Positions 1 to 10,800 of a stretch of 64,000 nucleotides of DNA are shown here, one piece after another. A program made the position numbers and the translations under genes. The notes under the pieces were generated by a model. It saw only the letters and a program-made list of their open reading frames with translations. It ran no database searches and was not told where the DNA came from. This DNA comes from Candidatus Hydrogenedentota bacterium. GTDB taxonomy: Bacteria; Hydrogenedentota; Hydrogenedentia; Hydrogenedentales; SLHB01. Position 1 is the stretch's first letter; the number at the start of each line of letters is the position of its first letter. The stretch covers positions 416,001-480,000 of the forward strand of contig CAXXTH010000010.1 of assembly GCA_963668025.2 (NCBI GenBank), in the 5' to 3' direction.

Positions 1-1302
1 GCATGGATTGGGGCCGCCTACTGTTTCACGCGGCGTTATTATGGCGGGCGGGCGGCCTATTTGGCCGCCTTTTTCATCCTGGTGGGCTTGCAAACCACGA
101 TCATCGCCAAGGCCGCCATCGCCGATGCGTTGCTCAATTGCTGCATCGCCCTTTCCATGTTCCTGCTCTATCGCTTCTACGATTCGAATGAACGCCGCTG
201 GCTGTGGCTGGCGGCGGCGGCGGCGGCGGTGGGCGTTTTAACGAAAGGCCCCATCGCGCTGGCGATTCCTGGCGTGACGGTCTTCCTTTTCTCGATATTG
301 CAGCGCCGGTTCCGCTTTTTCCTGCGCGCGGCCTTTGATCCCATCGCCTGGCTGATTGGCCTGGCCGTCGCGGGGCCGTGGTATGCGCTGGCCATCCGGT
401 CGCAAGGCATGGATTTTATCCGCCAAACCATTTTGAGCCACAACGTGGACCGCTTCTGGGGCACCGCCTTCGAAGGCCACTCAGGGAGCTTGTTTTATTA
501 CGCGCCCATCGTGGTCGTGGGCATGCTGCCTTTCACCGCATTGCTATTCGTTGTGCTGATGCGGATAAAACATTTGTGGCGGGAGCCGCTGGCCCAATTT
601 CTGCTCATTTGGTTCCTCTTTGTATTTGTCTTTTTCAGCCTCGCCACCACCAAGCTGCATCATTATGTCGTGTATGGCTACACGCCCATGCTGGTGTTGA
701 TGGCGGTGCATGCGGAAAAGATACGGAGCCGATGGCTGCTCGTGCTGCCCACACTCCTGTTATTCCTGCTGCTGGCCCTGGTTCCGCTGATTCTACCCCG
801 GGTACTGCCATATATCCACGACCCCAGGGCCGCCGCCCAACTCAGCGATACGCAAGATATTTTTGATTGGCGGTTTTCCGTTCCCATCATAGCGGCCATG
901 CTGGCGCTAGCCGCGCTGCCGTTCTGGCGTAAGCTTTCCCGCCCCGCCCTGCTCACTGCAATCGGGCTCATTTTCACCGCAATCGTCAATTACCATCTCT
1001 TGCCCGTGGTGGCGGAGGTGATGCATGAACCCGTGAAACGGGCGGCCTTGATGATGCGCGAACAAAATACGGAGGTGCTGCTCTATAAGACCGTCGCGCC
1101 TTCTTTCATGGTCTATATGAAACGTCTGCTGCCCGAGCGCAGCCCGAAACCTGGCGATATCGTGTTCACGGAAGTTCCCCGGCTGAAGGAATTGGGAGGT
1201 TATGAGACACTGTTCCAGCAACACGGATATGCGCTGATAAGGTGCATCGAAGGACGGCTCGACAAGCCAGGTAGGACACGCCTAAGAAACACTGTTGAAT
1301 AG
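1..1302 (+). CDS. ArnT/GT83-like (PMT-family) membrane glycosyltransferase, 5' part outside window
   Basis: Polytopic membrane ORF with LTKGP, WY, HxG..FYY and TKLxHY motifs typical of ArnT; frame is open from the window edge. Confidence 0.8.
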   Translation, partial: AWIGAAYCFTRRYYGGRAAYLAAFFILVGLQTTIIAKAAIADALLNCCIALSMFLLYRFYDSNERRWLWLAAAAAAVGVLTKGPIALAIPGVTVFLFSILQRRFRFFLRAAFDPIAWLIGLAVAGPWYALAIRSQGMDFIRQTILSHNVDRFWGTAFEGHSGSLFYYAPIVVVGMLPFTALLFVVLMRIKHLWREPLAQFLLIWFLFVFVFFSLATTKLHHYVVYGYTPMLVLMAVHAEKIRSRWLLVLPTLLLFLLLALVPLILPRVLPYIHDPRAAAQLSDTQDIFDWRFSVPIIAAMLALAALPFWRKLSRPALLTAIGLIFTAIVNYHLLPVVAEVMHEPVKRAALMMREQNTEVLLYKTVAPSFMVYMKRLLPERSPKPGDIVFTEVPRLKELGGYETLFQQHGYALIRCIEGRLDKPGRTRLRNTVE

Positions 1303-1446
1303 TTCATCTACTCCGAGTAAACTTCACTCTACTTGTATGAGCTTGTTGGTTTGGATCATAGCTATGTCTCCCTTGGTTCCTGCTGGAGGGATACTTGGCC
1401 CAGTTCTAACGTCAGGGGTTACATCAAGTCGTGAGGGAGATGTGTC

Positions 1447-2052
1447 ATGTTTCGAAGTCAGTTGGCGATTCTCCGACAGTACTCTCGCGCCTATCTGGTC
1501 CTAAATATCGTCTTCTATGGGGCAATTGTGGCCGGAATGCTCCTTGCAGCGCTAGACCCGGATCTTCAGGTCAAGGCGTTACACACGGTGCCGAAGAAAG
1601 GATTGCTAGCGCTCGTTTACGAAGCATACGCTGAACGCGATGTTTTTGCAGCTGCCATATTGACATTCGTTGTCAATCTCGGACTCGGCAGTTTCGCAAC
1701 GATCACATTGCCCTCTTTGCTGATCCCGTTCTCGGGCTTTCTGACCGGATTGTATCGGGCGGTTCTCTGGGGCGTTTTGCATTCGCCCCTCAGACCGGAG
1801 ATTCGGTGGTTCATCCTGCCTCATGCGGTTGTTCTTCTGCTGGAGGGGCAAGCCTACGTACTGGCGATGCTCGCCGCGTATATCCAAGGTACTGCATTCC
1901 TCAGCCCCCAGAGCGTGGGTGAACCATCCCGAGAGCAGGGTTATCTGTTAGGACTAGGACGCACGGGCGAGCTTTACGTTATCATCGCGATCCTTCTGGG
2001 CATCGCGGCGGTCTACGAATCCATCGAAGGGTACTTTCTGATGCCTCACTGA
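1447..2052 (+). CDS. Integral membrane protein, SpoIIM-like
   Basis: 201 aa hydrophobic ORF with PH..LLEG and AAVYE.IE motifs; GGGAG RBS upstream. Confidence 0.6.
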   Translation: MFRSQLAILRQYSRAYLVLNIVFYGAIVAGMLLAALDPDLQVKALHTVPKKGLLALVYEAYAERDVFAAAILTFVVNLGLGSFATITLPSLLIPFSGFLTGLYRAVLWGVLHSPLRPEIRWFILPHAVVLLLEGQAYVLAMLAAYIQGTAFLSPQSVGEPSREQGYLLGLGRTGELYVIIAILLGIAAVYESIEGYFLMPH

Positions 2053-2119
2053 GGGACAAAGAGAAGGCAGGGAAGCGAACCGGCAATTGCTGTGGTTCAA
2101 GAAATGATGAAACTACTTC

Positions 2120-2260
2120 GTGGGGAACTCTTTCTTTCGCAGAAAGGGTTCCCCACACCCCTCCTCAAGAACTCTGTTTTCGATCCGCGAGCAAGACGAA
2201 ATTTGAGAGTTTTTGGAGAGGGGTGCGGGGAGGACCTTTTTGCAAAAAGGTCCTCCCCGC
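2120..2260. repeat. Double-hairpin REPIN-like intergenic element between convergent genes
   Basis: GTGGGGAACTCTTTCT-TTCGC-AGAAAGGGTTCCCCAC and GCGGGGAGGACCTTTTTGCAAAAAGGTCCTCCCCGC hairpins joined by inverted CACCCCTC..AACTCT / AGAGTT..GAGGGGTG arms. Confidence 0.65.
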
Positions 2261-2270
2261 TCTTTTCCGC

Positions 2271-2762
2271 TCAGAACGTCTCCCAATGAACCACTTCATT
2301 CAACGTCCGTTTGGATGGAGCGCCTGCTTGCTGGGGATATCCCAGGGCAATAAGGCTCACGAGCCTAAAGCCAGTCGGGGCGTTTACCAACCCGCAAATG
2401 TCAGGGGCGTACGTTTTTTTATCGCCCGCCACCCAGCAAGAACCCAGGCCATGCGCCCGCGCGGCCACCAAGATATTCTGCGTGGCGGCGCTGCCGTCTT
2501 CGAGATAGTATTTGCTGTCTTCCGACAAGACCACGATGCAGACGGGCGCATCGGCGATGAATTTGCCGTAGTCGGTGGTCTCCGCGATGCGTTTGCGCAT
2601 GGCGGCGTCCGTCACCACGACGAATTCCCACGGCTGTTCATTGCGCGCCGTGGCGGCGAGCCGGCCGCAATCCAGAATATCATTGATTATTTCTTTCGGC
2701 ACGGCGTCCGGCTTATAGCTGCGCACGGAACGGCGCGTCTTTAAGGCTTCCAAAGCGTCCAT
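2271..2762 (-). CDS. Nitroreductase family protein
   Basis: RRSVRSY, N.QPWEFVVV and A.A.GLGSCW motifs. Confidence 0.9.
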   Translation of the reverse strand: MDALEALKTRRSVRSYKPDAVPKEIINDILDCGRLAATARNEQPWEFVVVTDAAMRKRIAETTDYGKFIADAPVCIVVLSEDSKYYLEDGSAATQNILVAARAHGLGSCWVAGDKKTYAPDICGLVNAPTGFRLVSLIALGYPQQAGAPSKRTLNEVVHWETF

Positions 2763-2782
2763 CAATCATGCCCTCCTGTAGA

Positions 2783-3973
2783 TTACAAGACTTCTGCTAT
2801 CGCTTGGCAGAGACGCTCCATGTTGTGCTCTGTCATGCCCGCCACATTGATCCGGCCGCCGCCCACGATGTAAATCGCATATTTGTCGCGCAAGGTTTGC
2901 ACTTGTTCGTCGTTCAATCCCGAGAAAGAGAACATGCCCCGCTGCTCGGTGATAAACGAGAAATCCTGTTTCACGCCCTTGGCCTTGAGCGTTTCGACGA
3001 ACAGCGTCCGCATGCCATTGATGCGGTCCCGCATGGCGGTTACTTCATCAATCCAGCGCGCCCGCAGCTCCGGCGTGCTTAATATAGTAGTGACAATCGC
3101 CCCGCCATGTGACGGAGGATTCGAGTAGCTGGCCCGGATGCGCCGCTTGATATGGCCTAACGCCTTTTGCGTGCCGCTTTCGGCGGCCCCCACGACGGTC
3201 AGCGCGCCCACTCGTTCGTTATACAATCCGAAGTTTTTCGAGAAAGACGAACAAATCAAGAGCTCACATCCCGGGGTAACCATGCGCAACAGCCCTTGAG
3301 CATCCTCTTCAAGGCCGTCGGCGAATCCTTGGTAGGCGAAATCGATCAACGGAGTCCAGCCGCGCTCACTCGCCACTTCCGCCAAGGCATGCCATTCATC
3401 CAAATCGGGATCCACGCCCGTCGGATTATGGCAGCAGGCATGCAGCAGCACGACATCGCCGGAAGGAATCTTCCGCAATGCGTTCAGCATGGCGCTGAAA
3501 TCGAGTGACTTCGTCTCCGCGTTGTAATATGGGTATTCGCGCAATTCGAGGCCAGCGGCTGAGAAAACTGTGCCATGGTTGGCCCAGGTGGGCTTGCTCA
3601 TCCAGATAGCGGCTCCCGGTTTTGCGTGCTTGATGAACTCTCCCGCCACGCGCAAGGCCGCCGTGCCGCCCGGCGTTTGCGCGGTAGCGGCGCGGCAATG
3701 GGCAATGGCTTCATGCTCCGCGCCAAAGAGCAGCTCCTGTACGCACCGCCCATATTCCGGCGAACCTTCAATGCTCAGGTAGCTCTTGGAGTGTTCCTCT
3801 TCGAGCAAGCGATTCTCTGCTTCCTTCACCGTATCCAGAATCGGCGTAGCGCCCGATGCGTCCTTATATACGCCCACGCCTAAATTAATCTTATCTGGAT
3901 TCGGATCCTTCTTGAATATTTCCGTCAAGCCCAGAATGGCGTCCGGGGGGGCGTTCTCGAGCTGCTCAAACAT
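2783..3973 (-). CDS. aspC: Aspartate/aromatic amino acid aminotransferase (class I)
   Basis: KINLGVGVY, HACCHNPTG, D.AYQGF and SFSKNFGLY.ERVG (PLP lysine) motifs. Confidence 0.92.
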   Translation of the reverse strand: MFEQLENAPPDAILGLTEIFKKDPNPDKINLGVGVYKDASGATPILDTVKEAENRLLEEEHSKSYLSIEGSPEYGRCVQELLFGAEHEAIAHCRAATAQTPGGTAALRVAGEFIKHAKPGAAIWMSKPTWANHGTVFSAAGLELREYPYYNAETKSLDFSAMLNALRKIPSGDVVLLHACCHNPTGVDPDLDEWHALAEVASERGWTPLIDFAYQGFADGLEEDAQGLLRMVTPGCELLICSSFSKNFGLYNERVGALTVVGAAESGTQKALGHIKRRIRASYSNPPSHGGAIVTTILSTPELRARWIDEVTAMRDRINGMRTLFVETLKAKGVKQDFSFITEQRGMFSFSGLNDEQVQTLRDKYAIYIVGGGRINVAGMTEHNMERLCQAIAEVL

Positions 3974-4706
3974 GTCTCAAACTCCTTTTTTTGCCGTCCG
4001 ATGTTCCCCATATCGCGCATGCATACATGCACTCAAGCATCCCCATCATACCGGAGAAGCCTATCGCGTGTGAAGCAGGCGCATATGGGCGCGCCGAATG
4101 TAGTCAATTCATGTATTTACATTTTATGCATACAAAATGACCGCCGAACTCCTTTTTAAACATTTAGGGGAATTTCTATGAATACTCCGCCCAACAGGAC
4201 GTATCACCTCGTATCGAAACACATGTATCGAAAAAATCCATCCTGCATGAAATAGATGAAAACCGTCATTATGGGACGCCTTAAAAATAAGCATACTAAT
4301 AAATATACTAATTTAGAAATACTGAGAGTTTCTATTTCGCATACGGAATACATTGCCTGTTTACGTTTCGCCGGTCTGCTGTTTAAGCATGAGGTTAGTA
4401 AACGGTATTGATTTAGATGGAAAAGATACTTATACTTAACACACTCAACCTGAGGAACCAGCCTTTAATGCGAGGTTACGCGCGAGGCACGGCAGGTGAT
4501 TCGTATAGATAGATTCTGCACAACAGCGTTTAACAAATATATCCGCCTGGCTTGCGGCCGATGAAAAGGACGGAGGCGTGGCCTTTTTGATCTGTTGGCG
4601 TACCTAGATCTACGATTCGCCCGTTCCGGCGTCTCTGTGGGGCGCACGATCTGGTGTGTAACCCAGCAAGGCGAATACCACCCTGGTGCAGGGCGGAGGT
4701 CGAAAT

Positions 4707-6269
4707 ATGCCAACAACGACGGCCTTCCTTTGTATTGGGATTAGCTTCGTGATCGGTGTGCTGCTTGCCATCATCGGCGGCCGCATCTTAGGCAAAAAAC
4801 TAACAGGCCAGGCAAAACGGGAAGCTGCCCAGCTCATCTCGGACGCCGAGCGCGAAGCCAATTCCAGACTCAAGGAAGCTGAAACCCAAATCAAGGAAAT
4901 GCGGATTGAGGTCCGCGAAAAAGCGGAAAATGAAGCACGCGAACAGCGCAAAGAACTCGTATCCCTCGAAAAACGCATCATCTCGAAAGAAGAGAGCCTC
5001 GATAAACGTATCGAATCGCTCGAAACAAAATCCAACGAACTCACCAATAAAGATCGCGACCTCGCGCGGCGCGAAAATGAATTAGTCCAAAACCGCCGCA
5101 AGCTCGATGACCTCGTGGACGAGCAGACTGCAAGGCTCGAAACGATCTCAGGCATGACGGCGCAAGAAGCCAAGAAGGATTTATTCGCCCAACTCGAAAA
5201 CGAAGTGCGGCGCGATGCCGCCCTTCGCCTCAAACGCATCGAAGATGAGATGGTCGAGAATTCGGACAAGAAAGCGCGCTGGGTCATCACCCAAGCCATC
5301 CAGCGTTGCGCCGCCGACCATGTGGCGGAGTCCACGGTCTCCGTGGTCGCGCTGCCCAATGACGAAATGAAGGGGCGGATCATCGGGCGTGAAGGCCGGA
5401 ATATCCGCGCCCTCGAGAGCGCCACGGGCATCAACATCATCATTGATGACACGCCCGAGGCGGTCATTCTCTCCGGATTCGATCCGGTGCGCCGCGAGAT
5501 CGCCCGCGTGACCCTCGAACGCCTTATTCAAGATGGGCGCATCCATCCGGCGCGCATCGAGGAGGTCGTCCAAAAAGTCGAAGAAGAAATGGCCCAGACC
5601 ATTCGCGAGATCGGTGAACGGGCCTGCCTCGAGGTGGATGTCCACGGGCTTCATCCCGAGATCGTCCGCTTGCTGGGCCGCCTCAACTACCGTACATCTT
5701 ACGGCCAGAACGTGTTGCGCCATTCGCAGGAGGTATGCCATCTGGCGGGCCTCATGGCGGCGGAGCTGGGCATGAGCGTCCAAGAGGCGAAACGCGCCGG
5801 CCTCATCCACGATATCGGCAAGGCCATCAATCACGAAGTCGAAGGCTCCCATGCCGTTATCGGCCATGATTTCGCCAAGCGTTACGGTGAAAACGAGGCC
5901 ATCGCCAACGCCATCGGTGCGCACCACAATGAGATGGATCAAATCTCCACTACCGCCGTGCTGGTGCAAGCGGCGGACGCCCTTTCCGCGGCAAGGCCAG
6001 GCGCGCGGCGCGAGACCATCGAGACGTACGTCAAGCGCCTGGAACAACTGGAGGATATCGCTAAAGGCTTCGACGGCGTCGAGAAATCATTCGCCCTCCA
6101 GGCCGGCCGCGAGATCCGCGTGATTGTGTATCCCGATAAAGTGTCGGATGCGGAAGCCCAGTTGCTGGCCCGGGATGTGGCTCGCAAGGTCGAGAACGAG
6201 ATGACGTACCCCGGCCAAATCCGCGTCACGGTGATCCGCGAGACCCGGGCAAACGAACTCGCTAAATAA
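4707..6269 (+). CDS. rny: Ribonuclease Y
   Basis: N-terminal TM, coiled coil, KH domain ([14 protein letters not shown]), HD domain (HDIGK); GGAGG RBS before ATG 4707. Confidence 0.97.
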   Translation: MPTTTAFLCIGISFVIGVLLAIIGGRILGKKLTGQAKREAAQLISDAEREANSRLKEAETQIKEMRIEVREKAENEAREQRKELVSLEKRIISKEESLDKRIESLETKSNELTNKDRDLARRENELVQNRRKLDDLVDEQTARLETISGMTAQEAKKDLFAQLENEVRRDAALRLKRIEDEMVENSDKKARWVITQAIQRCAADHVAESTVSVVALPNDEMKGRIIGREGRNIRALESATGINIIIDDTPEAVILSGFDPVRREIARVTLERLIQDGRIHPARIEEVVQKVEEEMAQTIREIGERACLEVDVHGLHPEIVRLLGRLNYRTSYGQNVLRHSQEVCHLAGLMAAELGMSVQEAKRAGLIHDIGKAINHEVEGSHAVIGHDFAKRYGENEAIANAIGAHHNEMDQISTTAVLVQAADALSAARPGARRETIETYVKRLEQLEDIAKGFDGVEKSFALQAGREIRVIVYPDKVSDAEAQLLARDVARKVENEMTYPGQIRVTVIRETRANELAK

Positions 6270-6287
6270 CGATTCATTTGATTCCAC

Positions 6288-6335
6288 GTGGGGGGAATCT
6301 TCTAAAACAGGAAGATTCCCCCCGCGGCAGTTTTT
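6288..6335 (+). terminator. Intrinsic terminator after rny
   Basis: GGGGGGAATCTTC-loop-GAAGATTCCCCCC stem followed shortly by a T run. Confidence 0.7.
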
Positions 6336-6440
6336 AAAGCCACGGCCTTTATATAATCGGTGCTACTAACTTTCAAATTCTTGTTGTTTTGCAAGGATTT
6401 CCAGTGCAAACCATTGTTTATCAACTTGTTAGAATATTAT

Positions 6441-6625
6441 TTTCACCACGAAGAGCACGAAGCAAAAATTGGTATCATAGTTACCAATGGTTGCCTCTCA
6501 AAACGGTATTTAGCCCATAATATTGTGAATGACAGCTACAGAAAAACCTTCGTGTCCTTCGTATCTTCGTGGTGAAAATCCGGATCGTTGGTTGCGGATA
6601 TGCCGCGTTAGGTTCATCAGTGGTT
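6441..6625. repeat. Inverted pair of CACGAAG-periodic repeats plus the AAAATCCGG..GCGG..ATGCCG.GTTAGG module
   Basis: TTTTCACCACGAAGAGCACGAAG ... CTTCGTGTCCTTCGTATCTTCGTGGTGAAAA; the downstream module recurs inverted at about 11433-11480. Confidence 0.6.
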
Positions 6626-6807
6626 CCAAAATCGTCGAACACTACGCGGAAGAGGACATATAGTAGCACAAGATATTTTCATGTATTTCGTACTAATGAC
6701 CGCCAAAATGTTGTTTTCTTGAGAAGATTCTCTTGGGAAACCAATGTGTATTAACTGGTTAGGACCTACGATTTTATATCGTATTTTGGCAGATGCATCC
6801 TTTGAAC

Positions 6808-6829
6808 GGTGGGGCAAGCCCCACCCTAC
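6808..6829 (-). repeat. REP family 1 (GTAGGGTGGGGCTTGCCCCACC)
   Basis: GTAG-type palindrome; other copies at 11607, 16652, 18742, 37390, 37434 and 41420. Confidence 0.85.
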
Positions 6830-6956
6830 CCCTCGAAATTTTAGTGTAATTAGCGTATTTCGTGGTTAAAAAATCCGGTTGCTTGAAGCTATGGCATGTT
6901 AAGTATATTGTTTCGTATTCGAGGTCCGTTTCCCCACTTTCAACATGGAGCATTGC

Positions 6957-7736
6957 ATGCGTATTCTCTTTATAGGCGATGTAGTCGGACGGCCAGGCCG
7001 TGAAAGCGTCGCGCGCTGGGTCCCTCTCTTGCGCCGGGAGTACGGCATTGACTTCGTTGTAGCGAATGGCGAAAATGCGGCGGGCGGCCTAGGCGCCACC
7101 CCTGATACCATTTCGGAATTGCGCGCCTCCGGCGTCGATGCGATCACGCTAGGCAATCATGTGTGGCGCAAAAAAGAGTTGATGAAACGCCTGGATGGCA
7201 TCGAGAACATCGTGCGGCCCGCCAACTACCCGGAAGGAGCGCCGGGCGTAGGCGCGCGGCTCGTGGAAGGGCCTGGCGGACGTAAAATAGGCCTCGTGAA
7301 TCTCGTGGGGCGGGTCTTCATGGAGCCCCTCGAATGCCCCTTTGCGGCAGGCACGCGGGAGGTCGAGCGATTACACCGGGAAACGCCCATCGTCCTGGTG
7401 GACATGCATGCTGAGGCCACGTCGGAGAAGATCGCACTGGGCTGGCATCTGGACGGCAAATGCTCCGCCGTCCTCGGGACGCATACCCACGTGCAAACGG
7501 CGGACGAACACATCTTGCCTGGCGGCACGGCGTATATTACCGATGTGGGCATGACAGGGCCTTTCGACTCCATCATCGGCATGGAGCGGGAGATCGTGTT
7601 AAAGAAATTTCTCACCGGCCTGCCTTCGGAATTTAGGGTGGCCTCGAGCCGGCCAGGACTATGCGGCGTCTGGCTGGATATTGATGATAGAACGGGAGCA
7701 GCCCGGAGCATTGAACGCGTGGCGCGCTTCGAGTAG
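6957..7736 (+). CDS. ymdB: YmdB/TIGR00282 family metallophosphoesterase
   Basis: MRILFIGDVVG.PGR, NGEN, GNH, D.HAEATSEK and GTHTHV motifs; conserved position downstream of rny. Confidence 0.93.
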   Translation: MRILFIGDVVGRPGRESVARWVPLLRREYGIDFVVANGENAAGGLGATPDTISELRASGVDAITLGNHVWRKKELMKRLDGIENIVRPANYPEGAPGVGARLVEGPGGRKIGLVNLVGRVFMEPLECPFAAGTREVERLHRETPIVLVDMHAEATSEKIALGWHLDGKCSAVLGTHTHVQTADEHILPGGTAYITDVGMTGPFDSIIGMEREIVLKKFLTGLPSEFRVASSRPGLCGVWLDIDDRTGAARSIERVARFE

Positions 7737-7842
7737 ACTTCCGCGTTCAGCAAGCTACAAGGCGGCAGGCGGTAACGCCTATTCTCGATAACAGGTTTTT
7801 AGGAAACGATTTTTGGTTCGCGCGATTGCGCGGAGCGAGGCG

Positions 7843-10800
7843 ATGTATTTCAAACAACTTGAATTAACCGGTTTTAAATCATTCGCGGACCGGACGGTCC
7901 TGCGGCTGGATCCTGGTATCACCGCCGTGGTCGGCCCGAACGGCTGCGGCAAGAGTAATATCCTGGATTCCTTGCGCTGGGTGTTGGGCGAACAAAGCAG
8001 CAAAGCCCTGCGCGGCTCCCACATGCAGGATGTCATCTTCAACGGCAGTGAAAACCGCCACGCGTTAGGCATGGCGGAAGTGTCGGTGACATTCGACAAT
8101 GCGGATTCCAAATTGCCGGTGGATTTTGCCGAGGTGCAGGTGACACGCCGCCTCTACCGTTCCGGCGAAAGCGAATACCTGATCAACAAAGCCTCATGCC
8201 GGTTAAAAGATGTCCTCGAACTCTTCATGGACACGGGTATCGGCACGCAAGCCTATTCGATGATCGGGCAAGGCAAGATGGATATGATCCTGAGCCAAAA
8301 ACCCGAAGACCGGCGCTTTCTCTTCGAGGAGGCGGCGGGCATCATCAAGTATAAAAACCGTAAAAAAGTGGCCATGCGGCGTCTCGAATCAGCCGAGCAG
8401 AATCTGCTGCGGCTGATGGACATTGTGGCCGAAATCGAACGCCAGATGCGCACCCTTAAACGCCAAGTCAACGCCGCCATCCGCTACCGGGAACTGACCG
8501 AACAGCTTCGCGATATCGAGATCCGGGCCGCCTGGATCAAATACGACCGCCTGAGCCAGCGCGTCGCGGAACTCCGGGAGCTATTCGCGAAGGCCCAAGA
8601 CCTCTACGAGCAGGTCTCGGCGAAAGTGACTTCCCTCGAGGCGCGCCATGAAGAACTGGATCTATCGCGCCTCGAAACCGACCGGGCTCTCGCCTCGCGC
8701 CGGGAGCGGGTCTACGAAATCGACCGCGAGATGGAAAAACTCGAACGGCAAGTAGGGCTGTTGCAGCAACAGACCGAATTTTCCCGGAACCAGCAGCGCC
8801 AGGCGGGTGAAGAGCGCGAGGCCTTCCATGGCCGGGCGGCAGCTATTCGCGAGCAAATCGCACGCACCCAGGCGGAGACGGAGGCGCTGCGCACGGAGCT
8901 CGAAGCCTGCGAATCGGCTATCGGGGAAAAAGCCCAATTCCATGCGGAAACCGCAGGCCGCGCCGCTGAAGCCGAAGAACAAGTGGAACGCTTGCGCACC
9001 GACGCGGTCGAACGCATGAACGCCCGCGCGCGCATGCAGACCGAACTCGAAACCATCGGCGTGCGCATCCATAACGTGGACACGCAACTTGCTTCCATTC
9101 AAGAGCAGCAAGGTGCTGAAGATGAACGCCGGGCTGGCGTTGAAGGCCGCCTCGATGAGGCCCGCCGCGAGGAAAGCGAAAAACATGCGGCCTTGGAAAT
9201 CGTCGAGAAAGACAAGGCCAGCGCCACCGCCGAGCATGCCGCCCAAACTCAAGCATTGCGTGACCTGAATGAGCGCTGGCAAACCTGCCGCGAACGGAAG
9301 AGCAGCCTCGAGGCGCGCCTCACTTCGCTGCGTGAACTGCGCGATAATTATGAAGGCTTCGCAGTGGGCGTGCGCGCGGTCATGCGCGCCAAAAACGAGA
9401 ATATGGCCGGCATGGAGGGCATCATCGGCCCGGCGGGCGACCTGCTCTCGACAGAAAAAACATACGAACAAGCGATTGAAGCGGCCCTTGGCGGCAATAT
9501 CAATAATGTCATCGTGAAAGATTCCGCCGCCGCCAAGAGCGCCATCAATTTCCTTAAAAAGCATAATGCGGGCCGCGTCACCTTCCTGCCGCTGGATATC
9601 ATCCGCGGCGGCGCGGGCGACCAGGGCCAAGCGTTGCGCAAACGCCCAGGCGTCATCGGCCCGGCTATCGAGCATGTCCGTTTCGAGCCGCATATCAAGA
9701 GCGCCGTCGAGTACCTGCTGCACAGCACGCTGATTGTCGAGACCCTCGACCATGCCATCGAAATTGCCCGGACGGAACGCAATTACCCGCGCCTCGTGAC
9801 GCTGGAAGGCGAAGTCGTCTCTTCTTCAGGCGCGGTGACGGGCGGGCGCGCCAAGAATGAAAGCCGGGGCTTGTTGGGCCGGAGCGCGGAAATCACCGAA
9901 CTCGGAGAGAAAACAGAAGCGCTGCAGAAAGAGATCAAGTCCATCGCGGAACGTGGTGAGGCCGTCACCAAGGCCATCCAGGAAGCCCAGCGCCTGGCCC
10001 GGGAACTCGAACAACAAGAATCGGCCTTGCATAAAGAACTGGGCCAGCTTGGCGTGGTGATTGCCCGGCAAACCACCGAACTCGATAACCTGAGCGAATC
10101 GACGGCGGCCCTGGCGGGACGCCGCGAAGCGCTTGCGGAACAGCGCAGGCAGCTCGAAGGCCAAAAACGCGAAGTGGAAGAGCGGACGCAATCGCTCGAA
10201 AATGATGATGAAACCCTAAAAGAGCACATGGCCCAAGCGCAAAGCGCGCTCAGCGCCGTGCGCGAAGCCGCTAATGCAGTGGCCAGCGAGCTGGGCAATC
10301 TGCGCGTCCAGCAGGCCTCGCTCAACCAGCGCATGGAAGAGCTTCTGCGTGACGCGGAACGCGAACAGCGGGAACTCGAGGCGGCCATCCGCGACGCGGA
10401 GCGTCGGCAAGAAATGCTGGCACAGCATGCCGGGCAGGAAGAGACACTCGAGGAGGAGATTCAATCCACGCTCGAACGCGCGGGCGAACTCTCTGAAAAC
10501 CGTGAACAAGCCCAGGCATTGGTGAACGAATCCGAAAACGCCCGCCAGGAAGTGCTCGATGAGCTGGAAAGCATTGATGGCGAGCTCCGCTCCTTGCGCG
10601 AACAGCAGCGGTCGGGCCAAGTGGACGTACATCGCTTCGAGCTTGAACTCCGGTCGGACGAGGATAAAATAGGCTTCTTCGAAGAGCGTATTTTAACGGA
10701 ATACCATATCGCCCTCGCCCAGCTCTCCGCCGAACAAGTGGGTGAAGACGAATATGACGAAGAGACGCGCGAACGCCTCGTGAACGATATCCGGGAACGC

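Noticed and set aside
4440-4700. 6S RNA upstream of rny
   Set aside because: Synteny makes it conceivable, but I could not identify the long stem with central bubble; it needs cmscan
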